A stretch of DNA of 64,000 nt from Macrostomum lignano (lineage: Eukaryota): assembly GCA_002269645.1 (NCBI GenBank), contig NIVC01000353.1:310001-374000 (forward strand), in the 5' to 3' direction. The translations under genes and the position numbers were made by a program. The notes under the pieces were generated by a model, which was given only the letters and a program-made list of their open reading frames with translations, searched no databases and was not told the origin of the DNA. Positions 1 to 12,843 of this stretch are shown piece by piece (position 1 is the stretch's first letter; each line of letters opens with the position of its first letter).

Positions 1-335
1 TTTTTGACTGTCAGGATGGACTGCGCGCTGCCACAACTGATGCCACAGGCCTCTGCTATCTCAGCAACAGTCACTCGCCTGTCCTCGTCAAGGAGGCTCT
101 GGACGCTGTCGATGACACTCTGGCTGGTGGAGGTCCTGGTTCTCCCACTGCGAGGTTCGTCTTCGAAGTCACCTTTGCCTCCTTCAAAACTATGAATCCA
201 GCGGATGATGGTGCGATACGATGGTGCAGACTCCCCATGTTGCTCACGCAAACAGGCTTCGATTTCCTTTGCTGCTGTGCCCCGCCTCCACTCATAATGG
301 ATGATGGCACGTATGGCTTCGCTTGAGACTGACAT
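1..335 (-). CDS. Mariner (Tc1/mariner) transposase, N-terminal HTH region, runs off window start
   Basis: Hand translation from ATG at 335: MSVSSEAIRAIIHYEWRRGTAAKEIEACLREQHGESAPSYRTIIRWIHSFEGGKGDFEDEPRSGRTRTSTSQSVIDSVQSLLDEDRRVTVAEIAEACGISCGSAQSILT. Matches mariner HTH motifs (RW..F..G...EDEPRSGR, D.R.T..EIA...GIS). No stop in the visible part. Confidence 0.9.
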   Translation of the reverse strand, partial: MSVSSEAIRAIIHYEWRRGTAAKEIEACLREQHGESAPSYRTIIRWIHSFEGGKGDFEDEPRSGRTRTSTSQSVIDSVQSLLDEDRRVTVAEIAEACGISCGSAQSILTVK

Positions 336-545
336 AGTCGCTCAGGGTCGGTGAAGAAAAAATGCTGTAGATTCTCGTTTATGTTTAAGTAGGGGACATA
401 ATGTGTCTATGGTAACAACTAAAATCAATTTAAGAAAAGTCCCATGTGCTCATGGATGAAGGAATAGAATAGAACTTCTATTCCTTCATTCACGCATGTA
501 CTGAAAAAATTATGCAGTGACAGAACTTTTTGATCGCCCCTCGTA
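1..545 (-). mobile_element. Mariner element 5' end with TIR and TA target site
   Basis: Minus strand starts TA|CGAGGGGCGATCAAAAAGTTCTGTCACTGC (TA at 544-545), a typical mariner terminus, about 210 bp upstream of the transposase ATG. Confidence 0.85.
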
Positions 546-1205
546 CCATAGACAAAAGAGAACAATACTTGATACAGATTGCCCTATCCCAGCCATAGAC
601 AAAAGAGAACAATACTTGATACAGATTGCCCTATCCCAGCCATAGACAAAAGAGAACAATACTTGATACAGATTGCCCTATCCCAGCCATAGACAAAAGA
701 GAACAATACTTGATACAGATTGCCCTATCCCAGCCATAGACAAAAGAGAACAATACTTGATACAGATTGCCCTATCCCAGCCATAGACAAAAGAGAACAA
801 TACTTGATACAGATTGCCCTATCCCAGCCATAGACAAAAGAGAACAATACTTGATACAGATTGCCCTATCCCAGCCATAGACAAAAGAGAACAATACTTG
901 ATACAGATTGCCCTATCCCAGCCATAGACAAAAGAGAACAATACTTGATACAGATTGCCCTATCCCAGCCATGGACAAAAGAGAACAATACTTGATACAG
1001 ATTGCCCTATCCCAGCCATGGACAAAAGAGAACAATACTTGATACAGATTGCCCTATCCCAGCCATGGACAAAAGAGAACAATACTTGATACAGATTGCC
1101 CTATCCCAGCCATGGACAAAAGAGAACAATACTTGATACAGATTGCCCTATCCCAGCCATGGACAAAAGAGAACAATACTTGATACAGATTGCCCTATCC
1201 CAGCC
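546..1205. repeat. 47-bp tandem array, about 14 copies
   Basis: Unit CCATAGACAAAAGAGAACAATACTTGATACAGATTGCCCTATCCCAG; begins directly after the mariner TA. Confidence 0.95.
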
Positions 1206-1842
1206 AATATCCACATTTTGGCAACAACCTTCGCATTGTTTGCATGTGACTTACGGTAAATCATTGCTTAGAAGAGTAGATTTTCGATGAGTGGTACAGC
1301 AATACTAATCAGAAATGAGTTACCCCCCCTCCCTGTCAAAGAGAAAAATCCTCACCAATTAATTTCATAAAAAACCCAGCCTCTCATTTGCAAATTTCAG
1401 TCTTCAATCGAGTTTCCATCTGCTTTTTGTTCCTTTTGCATCCTTGAAACCAAATTAAAAAGCTGTGATGAGCATCCCCCGTTTTGTCAAGATTAACCTA
1501 ACCCCACAGAAATCCCTCTGTGCTCAGAAGAAAAAGGTTAGAGTCGTATTAGTAGGTAGCGGAAAAAGCTTCTGCTGCAAAGCCCTTTAAGGAATTAGTT
1601 TTCTTCAAACAGATAAAAAGGCTCACCGAAAGAGCTATTATTTAAACCTGTTGCCATCGACTCAAATTATGTCTCCTCGACGATGACGAGGGAAACCTTC
1701 TGAAGTCACGAAAGCGGAGGCTGCTGAGCTAAGAAAAAATGAGCGATTGGAAACTTTTGTCATTCCATCTTGATTAGAGGACTATTCTTCTTCTTCTGAC
1801 GCTGAGCTGATTTTAGGGTCCGCAGCCAGAGTTATGGGGCGA

Positions 1843-2135
1843 GCGGGTTTAAGGATCCGCTGTTCGAGTTGGGGGCGGATTTTTGAATCGGTTGCTCGAG
1901 TTGGGGGCGGTTTTGAGGATCCGCTATTCGAGTTGGGGCGGTTTTGAGTTGGGGGCGGTTTTGAGGATCCGCTATTCGAGTTGGGGGTGGATTTTGGAAT
2001 CGGTTGCTCGAGTTGGGGGCGGTTTTGAGGATCCGCTATTCGAGTTGGGGGCGGATTTTGGAATCGGCTTTTCGAGATGGGTAGGGGCGTTCTGAGAATC
2101 TGCTATTCGAGTTGGGGTGGGGTGGTTTTAAGGAT
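1843..2135. repeat. Degenerate GC-rich tandem repeat
   Basis: Recurring TTCGAGTTGGGGGCGG(A)TTTT and GAGGATCCGCTA. Confidence 0.8.
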
Positions 2136-2741
2136 TCGCTGTAGTGAAAAATCACATCGAAAATCCCATTTGGAACTTTTTTCCTATTGTGAAAATCTCT
2201 CCCGTGAACTCGTTGAACTCAGTCAATCTGAGGCAAACTCAACGAACTCAAAACTCACGCAAAATAATTTTGTGATCTTCTTTTTATCTAATTAATCTAA
2301 TTTTCCAAGGCGTCACTTCCTTCAGGAGGAAGCTTTATCATCACGTGATCCTCAAAGTAAGAATCCCACGCGGAAAAGCATGCAAACTGAGCCGCTTGGC
2401 GGCATCACTTCCGATTTTGCTTTTAAAAAGAAAAATCTCTGTGATATGTTTTGCCAACAAATTAATAATAAAAGTTACAGCATAAAATGATGCTACAATC
2501 CAGGGTCAGCAAAGGACGAGATTAACTTCTATTAGAAGATAATTAATCATGCGCTACATACTGAGGGTCCGTGGACTTCTAGTCCAATACTGTCACTTGG
2601 ATTGGAAGCTGTAGGAAATTTAAGACAACTTTGATTGGTGCATGAAAAAATTTAGTAAAGTCCAATCTTTCTTTTCTGAATGTTTTTGCAATCAGATTTC
2701 CAAAGTGATTTGAATAGTTTGGATCGGTTTTGAGAATTCTG

Positions 2742-3845
2742 TCCGTGTCTGTCTGTCTGCCTGCCTGCCTGCCTCCCTGCCTGCCTATCTGTCTTAGTGT
2801 CTTAGTGTCTGGCTTAGAGTGTCTTAGTGTCTTAGTGTCTGCCTTAGAGTGTCTTAGTGTCTTAGTGGCTTAGTGTCTGGCTTAGAGTGTCTTAGTGTCT
2901 TAGTGTCTGGCTTAGAGTGTCTTAGTGTCTTAGTGTCTGGCTTAGAGTGTCTTAGTGTCTTAGTGTCTTAGTGTCTGGCTTAGAGTGTCTTAGTGTCTTA
3001 GTGTCTTAGTGTCTGGCTTAGAGTGTCTTAGTGTCTTAGTGTCTGGCTTAGAGTGTCTTAGTGTCTTAGTGTCTGGCTTAGAGTGTCTTAGTGTCTTAGT
3101 GTCTGGCTTAGAGTGTCTTAGTGTCTTAGTGTCTGGCTTAGAGTGTCTTAGTGTCTTAGTGTCTGGCTTAGAGTGTCTTAGTGTCTTAGTGTCTGCCTTA
3201 GAGTGTCTTAGTGTCTTAGTGGCTTAGTGTCTGGCTTAGAGTGTCTTAGTGTCTTAGTGTCTGGCTTAGAGTGTCTTAGTGTCTTAGTGTCTGGCTTAGA
3301 GTGTCTTAGTGTCTTAGTGTCTTAGTGTCTGGCTTAGAGTGTCTTAGTGTCTTAGTGTCTGGCTTAGAGTGTCTTAGTGTCTTAGTGTCTGCCTTAGAGT
3401 GTCTTAGTGTCTTAGTGTCTGGCTTAGAGTGTCTTAGTGTCTTAGTGTCTGGCTTAGAGTGTCTTAGTGTCTTAGTGTCTGGCTTAGAGTGTCTTAGTGT
3501 CTTAGTGTCTGGCTTAGAGTGTCTTAGTGTCTTAGTGTCTGGCTTAGAGTGTCTTAGTGTCTTAGTGTCATAGTGTCTGGCTTAGAGTGTCTTAGTGTCT
3601 TAGTGTCTGCCTTAGAGTGTCTTAGTGTCTTAGTGTCTGCCTTAGAGTGTCTTAGTGGCTTAGTGTCTGCCTTAGAGTGTCTTAGTGTCTTAGTGTCTGG
3701 CTTAGAGTGTCTTAGTGTCATAGTGTCTGGCTTAGAGTGTCTTAGTGTCTTAGTGTCTGCCTTAGAGTGTCTTAGTGGCTTAGTGTCTGGCTTAGAGTGT
3801 CTTAGTGTCTTAGTGTCTGGCTTAGAGTGTCTTAGTATCTGTCTT
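2742..3845. repeat. 30-bp minisatellite built from GTGTCTTA subunits
   Basis: Unit GTGTCTTAGTGTCTTAGTGTCTGGCTTAGA, preceded by a short (GTCT)/(GCCT) run. Confidence 0.95.
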
Positions 3846-3849
3846 AGTT

Positions 3850-4765
<916 letters not shown>

Positions 4766-5230
4766 ATTGTCTGTTTGTCCGTCTGTCTCTGCTTAGACAG
4801 TCCAGTCCAGTCAGATCCAGTCCAGATTTGCAACCATGGAGTCCTCGAGATGCCTAATAGAATCCAGCAGTATCATGTGATATCGAGCACAAAAAGTACA
4901 CTGAACAGGAACAGGCATTTGGAGCACTGCTCCCACATCTAGGCGGTCTGCACTCGTATCGCCATTTTTCAGTCAGCACTTTCTCGGTGTATCTGAATAG
5001 GTAGCTCACAAATATCCGCTTTATTCACCTGGCACTCTCCCTCTCCCTGGCTTCTTCCTGATCGACTTATAGTAACCAGGTGCTTGAGACAGCCCCATTC
5101 CTGCAGACTATAATATATAATGTGCGTAGAAAAAGTTTATTGCTTATCAAGATTTTTTTTCACGCATTTCCTGCGAATTGAATTATCGAAATTTTCTATC
5201 TGTATTTTTTATTCCCTTTGCCCTTTGTGC

Positions 5231-6010
5231 CTCCTCTCCCTCTCAATCTCCCTCTTCCTCTTCCTCTCCCTCTCAATCTCCCTCTTCCTCTTCCTCTCCC
5301 TCTCAATCTCCCTCTTCCTCTTCCTCTCCCTCTCAATCTCCCTCTTCCTCTTCCTCTCCCTCTCAATCTCCCTCTTCCTCTTCCTCTCCCTCTCAATCTC
5401 CCTCTTCCTCTTCCTCTCGCTCTCAATCTCCCTCTTCCTCTTCCTCTCCCTCTCAATCTCCCTCTTCCTCTTCCTCTCCCTCTCCCTCTCCCTCTTCCTC
5501 TCCCTCTCAATCTCCGTCTCCGTCTCCCTCTCCCTCTGCCTCTCCCTCTCACTCTCCGTCTCACTTTCCCTCTCAATCTCCCTCTCCCTCTCCCTCTTTC
5601 TCTCCCTCTCCCTCTCCCTCTCCCTCTCCCTCTTCCTCTCCCTCTCCCTCTCAATCTCCCTCTCCCTCTCCCTCTCAATCTCCCTCTCCCTCTCCCTCTC
5701 CCTCTTCCTCTCCCTCTCAATCTCCGTCTCCGTCTCCCTCTCCCTCTGCCTCTCCCTCTCAATCCCCCTCTCCCTCTCAATCTTCTTCTCCCTCTCCCTC
5801 TCAATCTCCCTCTCCCTCTCCCTCTCCCTCTCCCTCTCCCTCTCCCTCTTCCTCTCCCTCTCAATCTCCGTCTCCGTCTCCCTCTCTCTCTGCCTCTCCC
5901 TCTCACTCTCCGTCTCACTTTCCCTCTCAATCTCCCTCTCCCTCTCAATCTTCCTCTCACTTTCCCTCTCAATCTCCCTCTCCCTCTCCCTCTTTCTCTC
6001 CCTCTCTTTC
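5231..6010. repeat. Polypyrimidine (CT-rich) minisatellite
   Basis: 30-bp unit CCTCTCCCTCTCAATCTCCCTCTTCCTCTT decaying to (CTCTCC)n. Confidence 0.95.
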
Positions 6011-6603
6011 TTCCTCCCCAATCTCCTTCCTTTTCCCTCTTCTCCATCTGCATCTTCCTCGTGCATAAAAAAACTAAATTTTAATATCTCACTGTTTCAA
6101 TTATTTCGCCCCTATCTGCGTTGTTCACCCTTTGCGCAGAGCTATCTTTAGCAATAATTTTTAATTATTTCTGCTATTGAAAGAAACGGCGACGTGAAGG
6201 TTAATCCCATGTCTTCCCGAGCCTTTTGAAACTCAAGCCTCCGCGAATGGCAGAGTCAACTTGATCCGACTTTCAAATGATAGCCAGGTTTATATCGTAA
6301 ATAGCCACGTGAGAAACTGTTTTCTGCCAATCTAAGATTTAAAGAAACCGTTTGATTAAAGATATCACTAACAGACGGTTGAATAAATAACTGGCCTCTA
6401 TAAATATTGCATCAGACGGAGCATGCGAAAAATATTCTACATTAAAGAACTAAATGAACTTTTCTGTGATTGGTTCATGTGAAGTATACTAGCAGCAAAT
6501 TATTATTGATAATTTACGACTGCCAATAGTCCAGACTCAGTTTCCTCTGAGCTAAAATATTTCATCGTATATCACCCTCTCCCTCTCCCTCTGTCTGTCT
6601 ACG

Positions 6604-7200
6604 GCTGGCTCCCCCTCTGTAGCTGGCGCCCCTCTGTAGCTGGCGCCCCTCTGTTGCTGGCTCCCCCTCTGTAGCTGGCGCCCCTCTGTTGCTGGCGCCC
6701 CTCTGTTGCTGGCGCCCCTCTGTTGCTGGCGCCCCTCTGTTGCTGGCGCCCCTCTGTTGCTGGCGCCCCTCTGTTGCTGGCGCCCCTCTGTTGCTGGCGC
6801 CCCTCTGTTGCTGGCGCTCCTCTGTTGCTGGCGCCCCCTCTGTTGCTGGCGCCCCTCTGTTGCTGGCGCCCCTCTGTTGCTGGCGCCCCTCTGTTGCTGG
6901 CGCCCCTCTGTTGCTGGCGCCCCTCTGTTGCTGGCGCCCCTCTGTTACTGGCGCCCCTCTGTTGCTGGCGTCCCCTCTGTTGCTGGCGCCCCTCTGTTGC
7001 TGGCGCCCCTCTGTTGCTGGCGCCCCTCTGTTGCTGGCGCCCCTCTGTTGCTGGCGCCCCTCTGTTGCTGGCGCCCCCTCTGTTGCTGGCGCCCCTTCTG
7101 TTGCTGGCGCCCCCTCTGTAGCTGGCGCCCCCTCTGTTGCTGGCGCCCCCTCTGTAGCTGGCGCCCCTCTGTAGCTGGCCACTCTCTGTAGCTGGCGCCT
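6604..7200. repeat. 17-18-bp minisatellite (TGGCGCCCCT family)
   Basis: Unit CTGTTGCTGGCGCCCCT; same family at 15636-15810, and a related core in the 20-bp array at 8622-8790. Confidence 0.95.
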
Positions 7201-7214
7201 TCTTTATACCTAAG

Positions 7215-7646
7215 ACACTGTATATGTGACAGTGCTGAGACACGGTATCTATGTGGCAGTGCTGAGACACAGTGTCTATGTGACAGTGCTGAGACAGTGT
7301 CTGTGTGACAGTGCTGAGACACAGTGTCTGTGTGGCAGTGCTGAGACACAGTGTCTATGTGACAGTGCTGAGACACAGTGTCTATGTGGCAGTGCTGAGA
7401 CACAGTGTCTATGTGGCAGTGCTGAGACACAGTGTCTATGTGACAGTGCTGAGACACAGTGTCTATGTGGCAGTGCTGAGACACAGTGTCTATGTGGCAG
7501 TGCTGAGACACAGTGTCTGTGAGGCAGTGCTGAGACACAGTGTCTGTGTGGCAGTGTTGAGACACAGTGTCTATGTGGCAGTGCTGAGACACAGTGTCTA
7601 TGTGACAGTGCTGAGACACAGTGTCTATGTGGCAGTGTTGAGACAG
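7215..7646. repeat. 27-bp minisatellite
   Basis: Unit CAGTGCTGAGACACAGTGTCTATGTGG; reverse-complement copies at 9497-9713 and 12844-13050. Confidence 0.95.
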
Positions 7647-7982
7647 GGCGCAGAGTAGTGCTATAAATATACGATGCATTCAATACAATTAGTGTCTGCC
7701 TTAGAGTGTCTTAGTGTCTTAGTGTCCTAGTGTCTTAGTGTCTGCCTTAGAGTGTCTTGGTGTCTTAGTGTCTGCCTTAGAGTGTCTTAGTGTCTTAGTG
7801 TCTGCCTTAGAGTGTCTTAGAGTAGTATAAGAGTATATAGAGTAGTGCTATAAATATACGATGCATTCAATACAATTTACCTTCACTGTCGCTCAAGAAG
7901 CGTATTGCGCATCCGAGCTGACTGCATTCAAATACAAGCCCCGTATAGTCTCAGTTCTGTTGTGCGCGATCATCTACCTGAG

Positions 7983-8005
7983 GTTGCTAGCAACAGCATA
8001 GCAAC
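7983..8005. promoter_or_regulatory. Candidate RFX X-box-like palindrome
   Basis: Perfect palindrome GTTGCTAGCAAC (7983-7994) plus half-site CATAGCAAC, about 150 bp upstream of the SEL1-gene ATG. Confidence 0.3.
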
Positions 8006-8144
8006 GCATTGTTCTGCCACGTCGGTGCTAGTAAAAAAGCTAATTAATATTTAATGAATGCACAAGGGACTCTCAGGTTAGCAATCAGTGAATGTTCAGT
8101 AACGCTAGGGATTAGACGGATACGAGAGTAAAGGAAGGCTATAA

Positions 8145-9376
8145 ATGCACCGCATGCGCTGTCTTCACACTGCTGAAGCAAACTTGAGATTCAATCCAAA
8201 GCTACAGAAAGTAGAAAGAAAGAAGTGCAACATGTCAAGTTTGCTGCGCCATCGACAGCAGAAGCATTCTGAAGATGACAGACAGCAGTATAAGTATCAG
8301 CCTCTGCCACCCTACGCTGATAAAGTCTATTTGGCCCGACAGAAGAAACCGGATCCTTGGTGGATTGTAGCTTTAGAAGTTTCCATCCTGTTAGCAACTA
8401 TCTGCTTCGGCTATTATGCCTATAATCACTTTGATCATTTGCACTTTCACGTGACCAAGGCCTATGCTCACCTGGGCTACGAGGACGCTCAGCATCAGGT
8501 TTGTGAAAATGAATTTTGGCATGACAAGGAGAATCTGGGATCCATTCTCGGTGGCGTAAAACGCAGGAACTCTATGTAGCAATCCTTTACTCGTACTAAA
8601 AGGCTCCATTATTTGGCGTCTTGGTTGGCACCCCTTGTCTCTTGGTGGGCGCCCCTGTCTCTTGGTTGGCGCTCCTGTCTCTTGGTGGGCGCCCCTGTCT
8701 CTTGGTTGGCGCTCCTGTCTCTTAGTGGGCGCCACTGTCTCTTGGTGGGCGCCCCTGTCTCTTAGTAGGTGCCCCCTGTCTCTTGGTTGGCGAAACAGCA
8801 TGGGAGTGGTGAAACACGATTTACCATAGACAGTTACGGTGGGCTTAGTGAAACACGATCTACCATAGACCGTCACAGTGGGCTTAGTGAAACACGATTT
8901 ACCATAGACAGTTACGGTGGGTTTAGTGAAACACGATTTACCATAGACAGTTACGGTGGGTTTAGTGAAACACGATTTACCATAGAGAGTCACGATGGAC
9001 GTTGTGAAAAACGCGTTTCTTCTTAAATGAGATCAATTTTAAAGTACACAGCATCCTCAGTGAACGCAGTCAGCGACGATAAATGAATCGTCCTCTCAAT
9101 AACACCACAATACTGAAGGTAGGCCAACGCTATCTGCACGGCAAAGGCGTGGAGCAGCACCACGGCGAGGCGATGCGCTGGTTCAAGCAGGCGGCGGAGC
9201 GCGGTCACCCGCACGCGTCCTACAATTTAGCTGTCGGGCATCTGAAAGGCTTGCCAAGCGATTTAAAGCCGGGCGAAGCTCGCAAATATCTGCACAGAGC
9301 AGCGGCTAAAGGCATTATTCAAGCTCACGATATGCTCAATGATGCCTGCGCTGAGCACGGAGCGTGCGACGATTGA
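8145..9376 (+). CDS. Single-TM protein with SEL1-like repeats, 2 exons, about 203 aa
   Basis: Exons 8145-8498 (CAG|GT) and 9119-9376 (AG|GTA) join in phase 0: LGYEDAQHQ|VGQRYLHGKGVEQHHGEAMRWFKQAAERGHPHASYNLAVGHLKG. SEL1 consensus runs across the junction. TM segment WWIVALEVSILLATICFGYYAY. Alternative start at 8232. Confidence 0.85.
8622..8990. repeat. Two intronic arrays: 20-bp (8622-8790) and 39-bp (8806-8990)
   Basis: Units GGCGCCCCTGTCTCTTGGTT and ACCATAGACAGTTACGGTGGGCTTAGTGAAACACGATTT. Confidence 0.9.
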
Positions 9377-9713
9377 ACTGAAGCACACTGGTATTGATTT
9401 TTAGCAGGCTGGATGACACTAAACGCTTCACTAGTTATTCCAGCCATTTTGTGCACTTTTTGCAATAAAACTGAACTATATATAGCCCTAAACACTTTGT
9501 CTCAGCACTGCCACATAGACACTGTGTCTCAGCACTGCCACATAGATACTGTGTCTCAGCACTGCCACATAGACACTGTGTCTCAGCACTGCCACACAGA
9601 CACTGTGTCTCAGCACTGCCACACAGACACTGTGTCTCAGGCCTCAGCACTGCCTCACAGACACTGTGTCTCAGCACCGCCTCACAGTCACTGTGTCTCA
9701 GCACTGCCACATA

Positions 9714-12700
9714 CCCAGTGGCAAAGCCGACCTCGGCCCGAGCTCGGTCCGCCGAGATCGGGCCGAGCTCGGCGGGTTGACGGCGGTTCTAGCTCGGGCC
9801 GACGACCTCGGGCCGAGGTCGGCTGACCGCGGTAATGCCGAGTAGCTTTGCACTATACTTTCTATTTAGCTTATTATAAAGCTTATATTGCTTCTTACAG
9901 ATTGACTACATGTAGGTGCCACTTTTACTTTCTATAGACTTGTACTGTACATGCACATTCGGTATTACATGAAAAAGAAAATGTGAATGGGAAAACGACA
10001 TGACACGAATTGAAACCATCGAGTTAAAGATCCCATGTCATTCCTAGCATGTTAGTGCTTTGCAGTGGTAATGTATATGAGCCTAGTTATGGTGAGCCTC
10101 TAGTATAACTAGTTTAATTGATTTCCCCTCGGAATTAAATACATATCCACCAGACTCAGTTCTCTGACCCAACAAATATACAACCAACAACCATGTCCAG
10201 GATTAAATGATTGTGAAATAAGACAACGATTTAGAAGAACTTAAAATAATTGAATTAAAAGAACACCGCAACAGTAAATCCACCACAAGCACACTAGTGT
10301 ATTATCAAATGCTAATAATGATACAAGATTAACTTTTCAACCAATAAGCAAGAAAACAAAGAGAAAAAGTAGCTAAACAGCTGAAAACAGAGGTTGTGTT
10401 AAGGGTTGTGATACGGATTTGGTTGAGCATTTATAAACATTATAAACTGTAAAGACTTCACTTTAGATTGTAGAACGAGACGCTTGATACGAGGAAAGCG
10501 ACTGCAATTTATATTGTAAATATTGAGCACGATACATTGGGTGTAAGAGGCTTAAGGGTGGAGAGCAAGAGCGGCCAGAATGCAGAGCGCACATAAGAAT
10601 GTACAGCGAAATATCGCAGAAGGGAGCACGCAGCGAAACTGGTAAAACACCACCTCAAAACACGGAGTAAAAACAAGCTAACAAAACAAACAACAATTTG
10701 CTCAGCCAAGTCACCACGCTCCTCCCCACAAAGATTAAGCGTTGGATAAAAACGAGAATAAAAGACGCAAATCAGTTCACAGTCCATAGAGGAACAGTCC
10801 ATAGTCACTGGTAGCGCAGCCGGTCAGGTTAAGCTCTTGCCCTGGTCGAACGTCAAAGTGGCGCCGCAGAGCTCAACTCTGGTGCCTGGCCAGGCGTCTC
10901 CGCAGATGCTTCTGTTGATCATCAGGCACCTCGGCACATAGCGGTTGCTCAACTTTGGAAGGCGCCGCAGGCACTTGATTGATGTGCCGATGGACCTCTC
11001 GACCATTGTCAAACTGGCAAGAGAGACAGCCCTGGAGCAGTCGGTCAGAACAGCATGCTTCCAGCTGCCATCAGCAGCAAAGTCCCTCGCAACAACTGCG
11101 TTGCCCATCTCAATGTGGTGGTCATGGGCATGACTGTCATGCTGCTGCTTCTGCATTGCTTGTGGGGAGGCTTAGAATCTCACCCCATTTTCTCAGTGTT
11201 GTATCTAGAACATCAAGGGGGTTAGAAATGAAGCCATATGATGAAAAGATAAAAAAATTGGAGTCAAATGCATAAATGGAAAAACACAAAAATGATACCC
11301 AAATCTGGCCTATAGAACAAAACTGATGCCAAATGTGGCATAGGGCCCTAGTATATAAAATAGCATCAAGATCTAGTCTATAGTGCAAAATAAAGTAAAA
11401 ACCTATTATAGTAATATAAGTATACTGTAGTTATACTAAAAAGTCATTAGAAAAATAATATAGTATAATATGAATACTGTGAATCAATTTAAAAAAGTAA
11501 AAAATCTGGCATATATAGCAAAATTACATTAAATTGCCTGCCATAAAATGCACAATTGGCATTATATCCTGGCCTATAGTACATAAACAATGCCTTAAAT
11601 TAACTGATTGTATGTAATTCATGATGGCATTGCCATGGGCCTAGACAAATGAAAAAATAAGAAGCTAAATATAGTAAGGATAAAAATATCATAGGAGATT
11701 AAAAACCTGGCTTTATTTAGCTTTAGGCCATTTTAGACTTCAAATCACAGGATTTATGACCTAAGCTAGATATCATTCCTACAGTTAAGTTATGGTAACT
11801 CCTATTGCAATCCTATACTTTTAAACATTTTATCATGAAAATATGCTTTTTTGTAGATATTTATTCACTTTTAACTCCTAGATAACTATTTGATGGCCAT
11901 TCTGAAAATAGCTGGTGAATTGCCATCGTAATATGTCTTATTATTATTTATGAGAACATATTTCATACGCCTATTCATGAATTGTAAGCAATCTCCATTA
12001 AACCCAAAAAAAGAAGCAAGTTTACATTGCATCAGTGTAGTTAACTTCAACTAGCTATAGTTCAATTAGTTTCGGCTTAACTGTAAGACTAAGTATGTCT
12101 CTGGAATTTTTGCCGAAACATCTAAATGCTTCCAAAGAACGTGTAATAAAATAATAACTAAGAAGCTAAATGAATTGCCACGTTAAAAAGAGCCAGACAC
12201 TGTTTACAATTGACTAAAAAACCACTCATGATACGTCCGACTACATGGGAGCAATATATTCAAATGAATGGCAAAAAATGAGCAATAATTACGCCTTAAG
12301 TAAATTCTGAAGCAGTTTATTATTTATTTATATTTTTACTAACGAAGCTATGTTCTTTTATCTGGTAAATTACTCATATATATAATTGTTAAAATCCAGT
12401 ACTTCGAATTTTCCGTACCTATAACGCATGCACTTCATGGTCGTCTCGAAGGAGAATAAATCCATAAAAGTCAAATCGCCTACTCAACGAGGAAACTAAT
12501 TCAGTAAAAACACAATTAGTATGTGTAAAAAGCACATTACACCACTTTGGTGGATCAAAAGTGCTGTATGATTGCGTTGTTTTTGTTTATTGCAAAAGAG
12601 TCACTTTTTCAGTGTAAATTATTCATCTATATTTATGCGGTGTTCTTTTTTAATCATATCGAATTGATTATTGTAGGTAAATTCTGCTTAATTGATTAAA

Positions 12701-12843
12701 AATTTTAATCGGTTAACGGCGCGGCACCCCGAGATTCTCCCGAGTTCGGGCCGATGTCGGCTGGCCGACTTTAGCATGGCCGATCGAATGCCGAGTGGCC
12801 GACGTCGGCCCGAGCTCGGACCGAGCTCGGCTTTGCCACTGGG
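9714..12843. mobile_element. 3130-bp non-autonomous TIR DNA transposon, TA target duplication
   Basis: Left TA|CCCAGTGGCAAAGCCGACCTCGGCCCGAGCTCGG; right end is its reverse complement (CCGAGCTCGGACCGAGCTCGGCTTTGCCACTGGG|TA). Removing it restores the 27-bp unit (CACTGCCACA-TA-GACACTGTG). No transposase ORF seen. Confidence 0.85.
10515..11230 (-). mobile_element. Degenerate Ty3/Gypsy remnant: integrase C-terminus, PPT and putative 3' LTR
   Basis: QKQQHDSHAHDHHIEMGNAVVARDF...W.HAV then, after a frameshift, QFDNGREVHRHINQV, resembling Gypsy pol tails. Purine tract GGGGAGGAG is followed by about 204 bp (10718 to 10515) ending TTTACA. Confidence 0.6.

Noticed and set aside
546-1205. Regular arrays as possible CRISPR loci
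   Set aside because: Units are contiguous with no unique spacers, there are no cas genes, and the context is eukaryotic.
2300-2420. CACTTCC x2 and TCACGTGA promoter-like motifs
   Set aside because: No associated gene identified; such short motifs occur by chance.
9117-9124. AG|GT junctions at exon starts (9119, 30114, 35456) as recursive splice sites
   Set aside because: The GT is simply a Val codon in conserved coding sequence.
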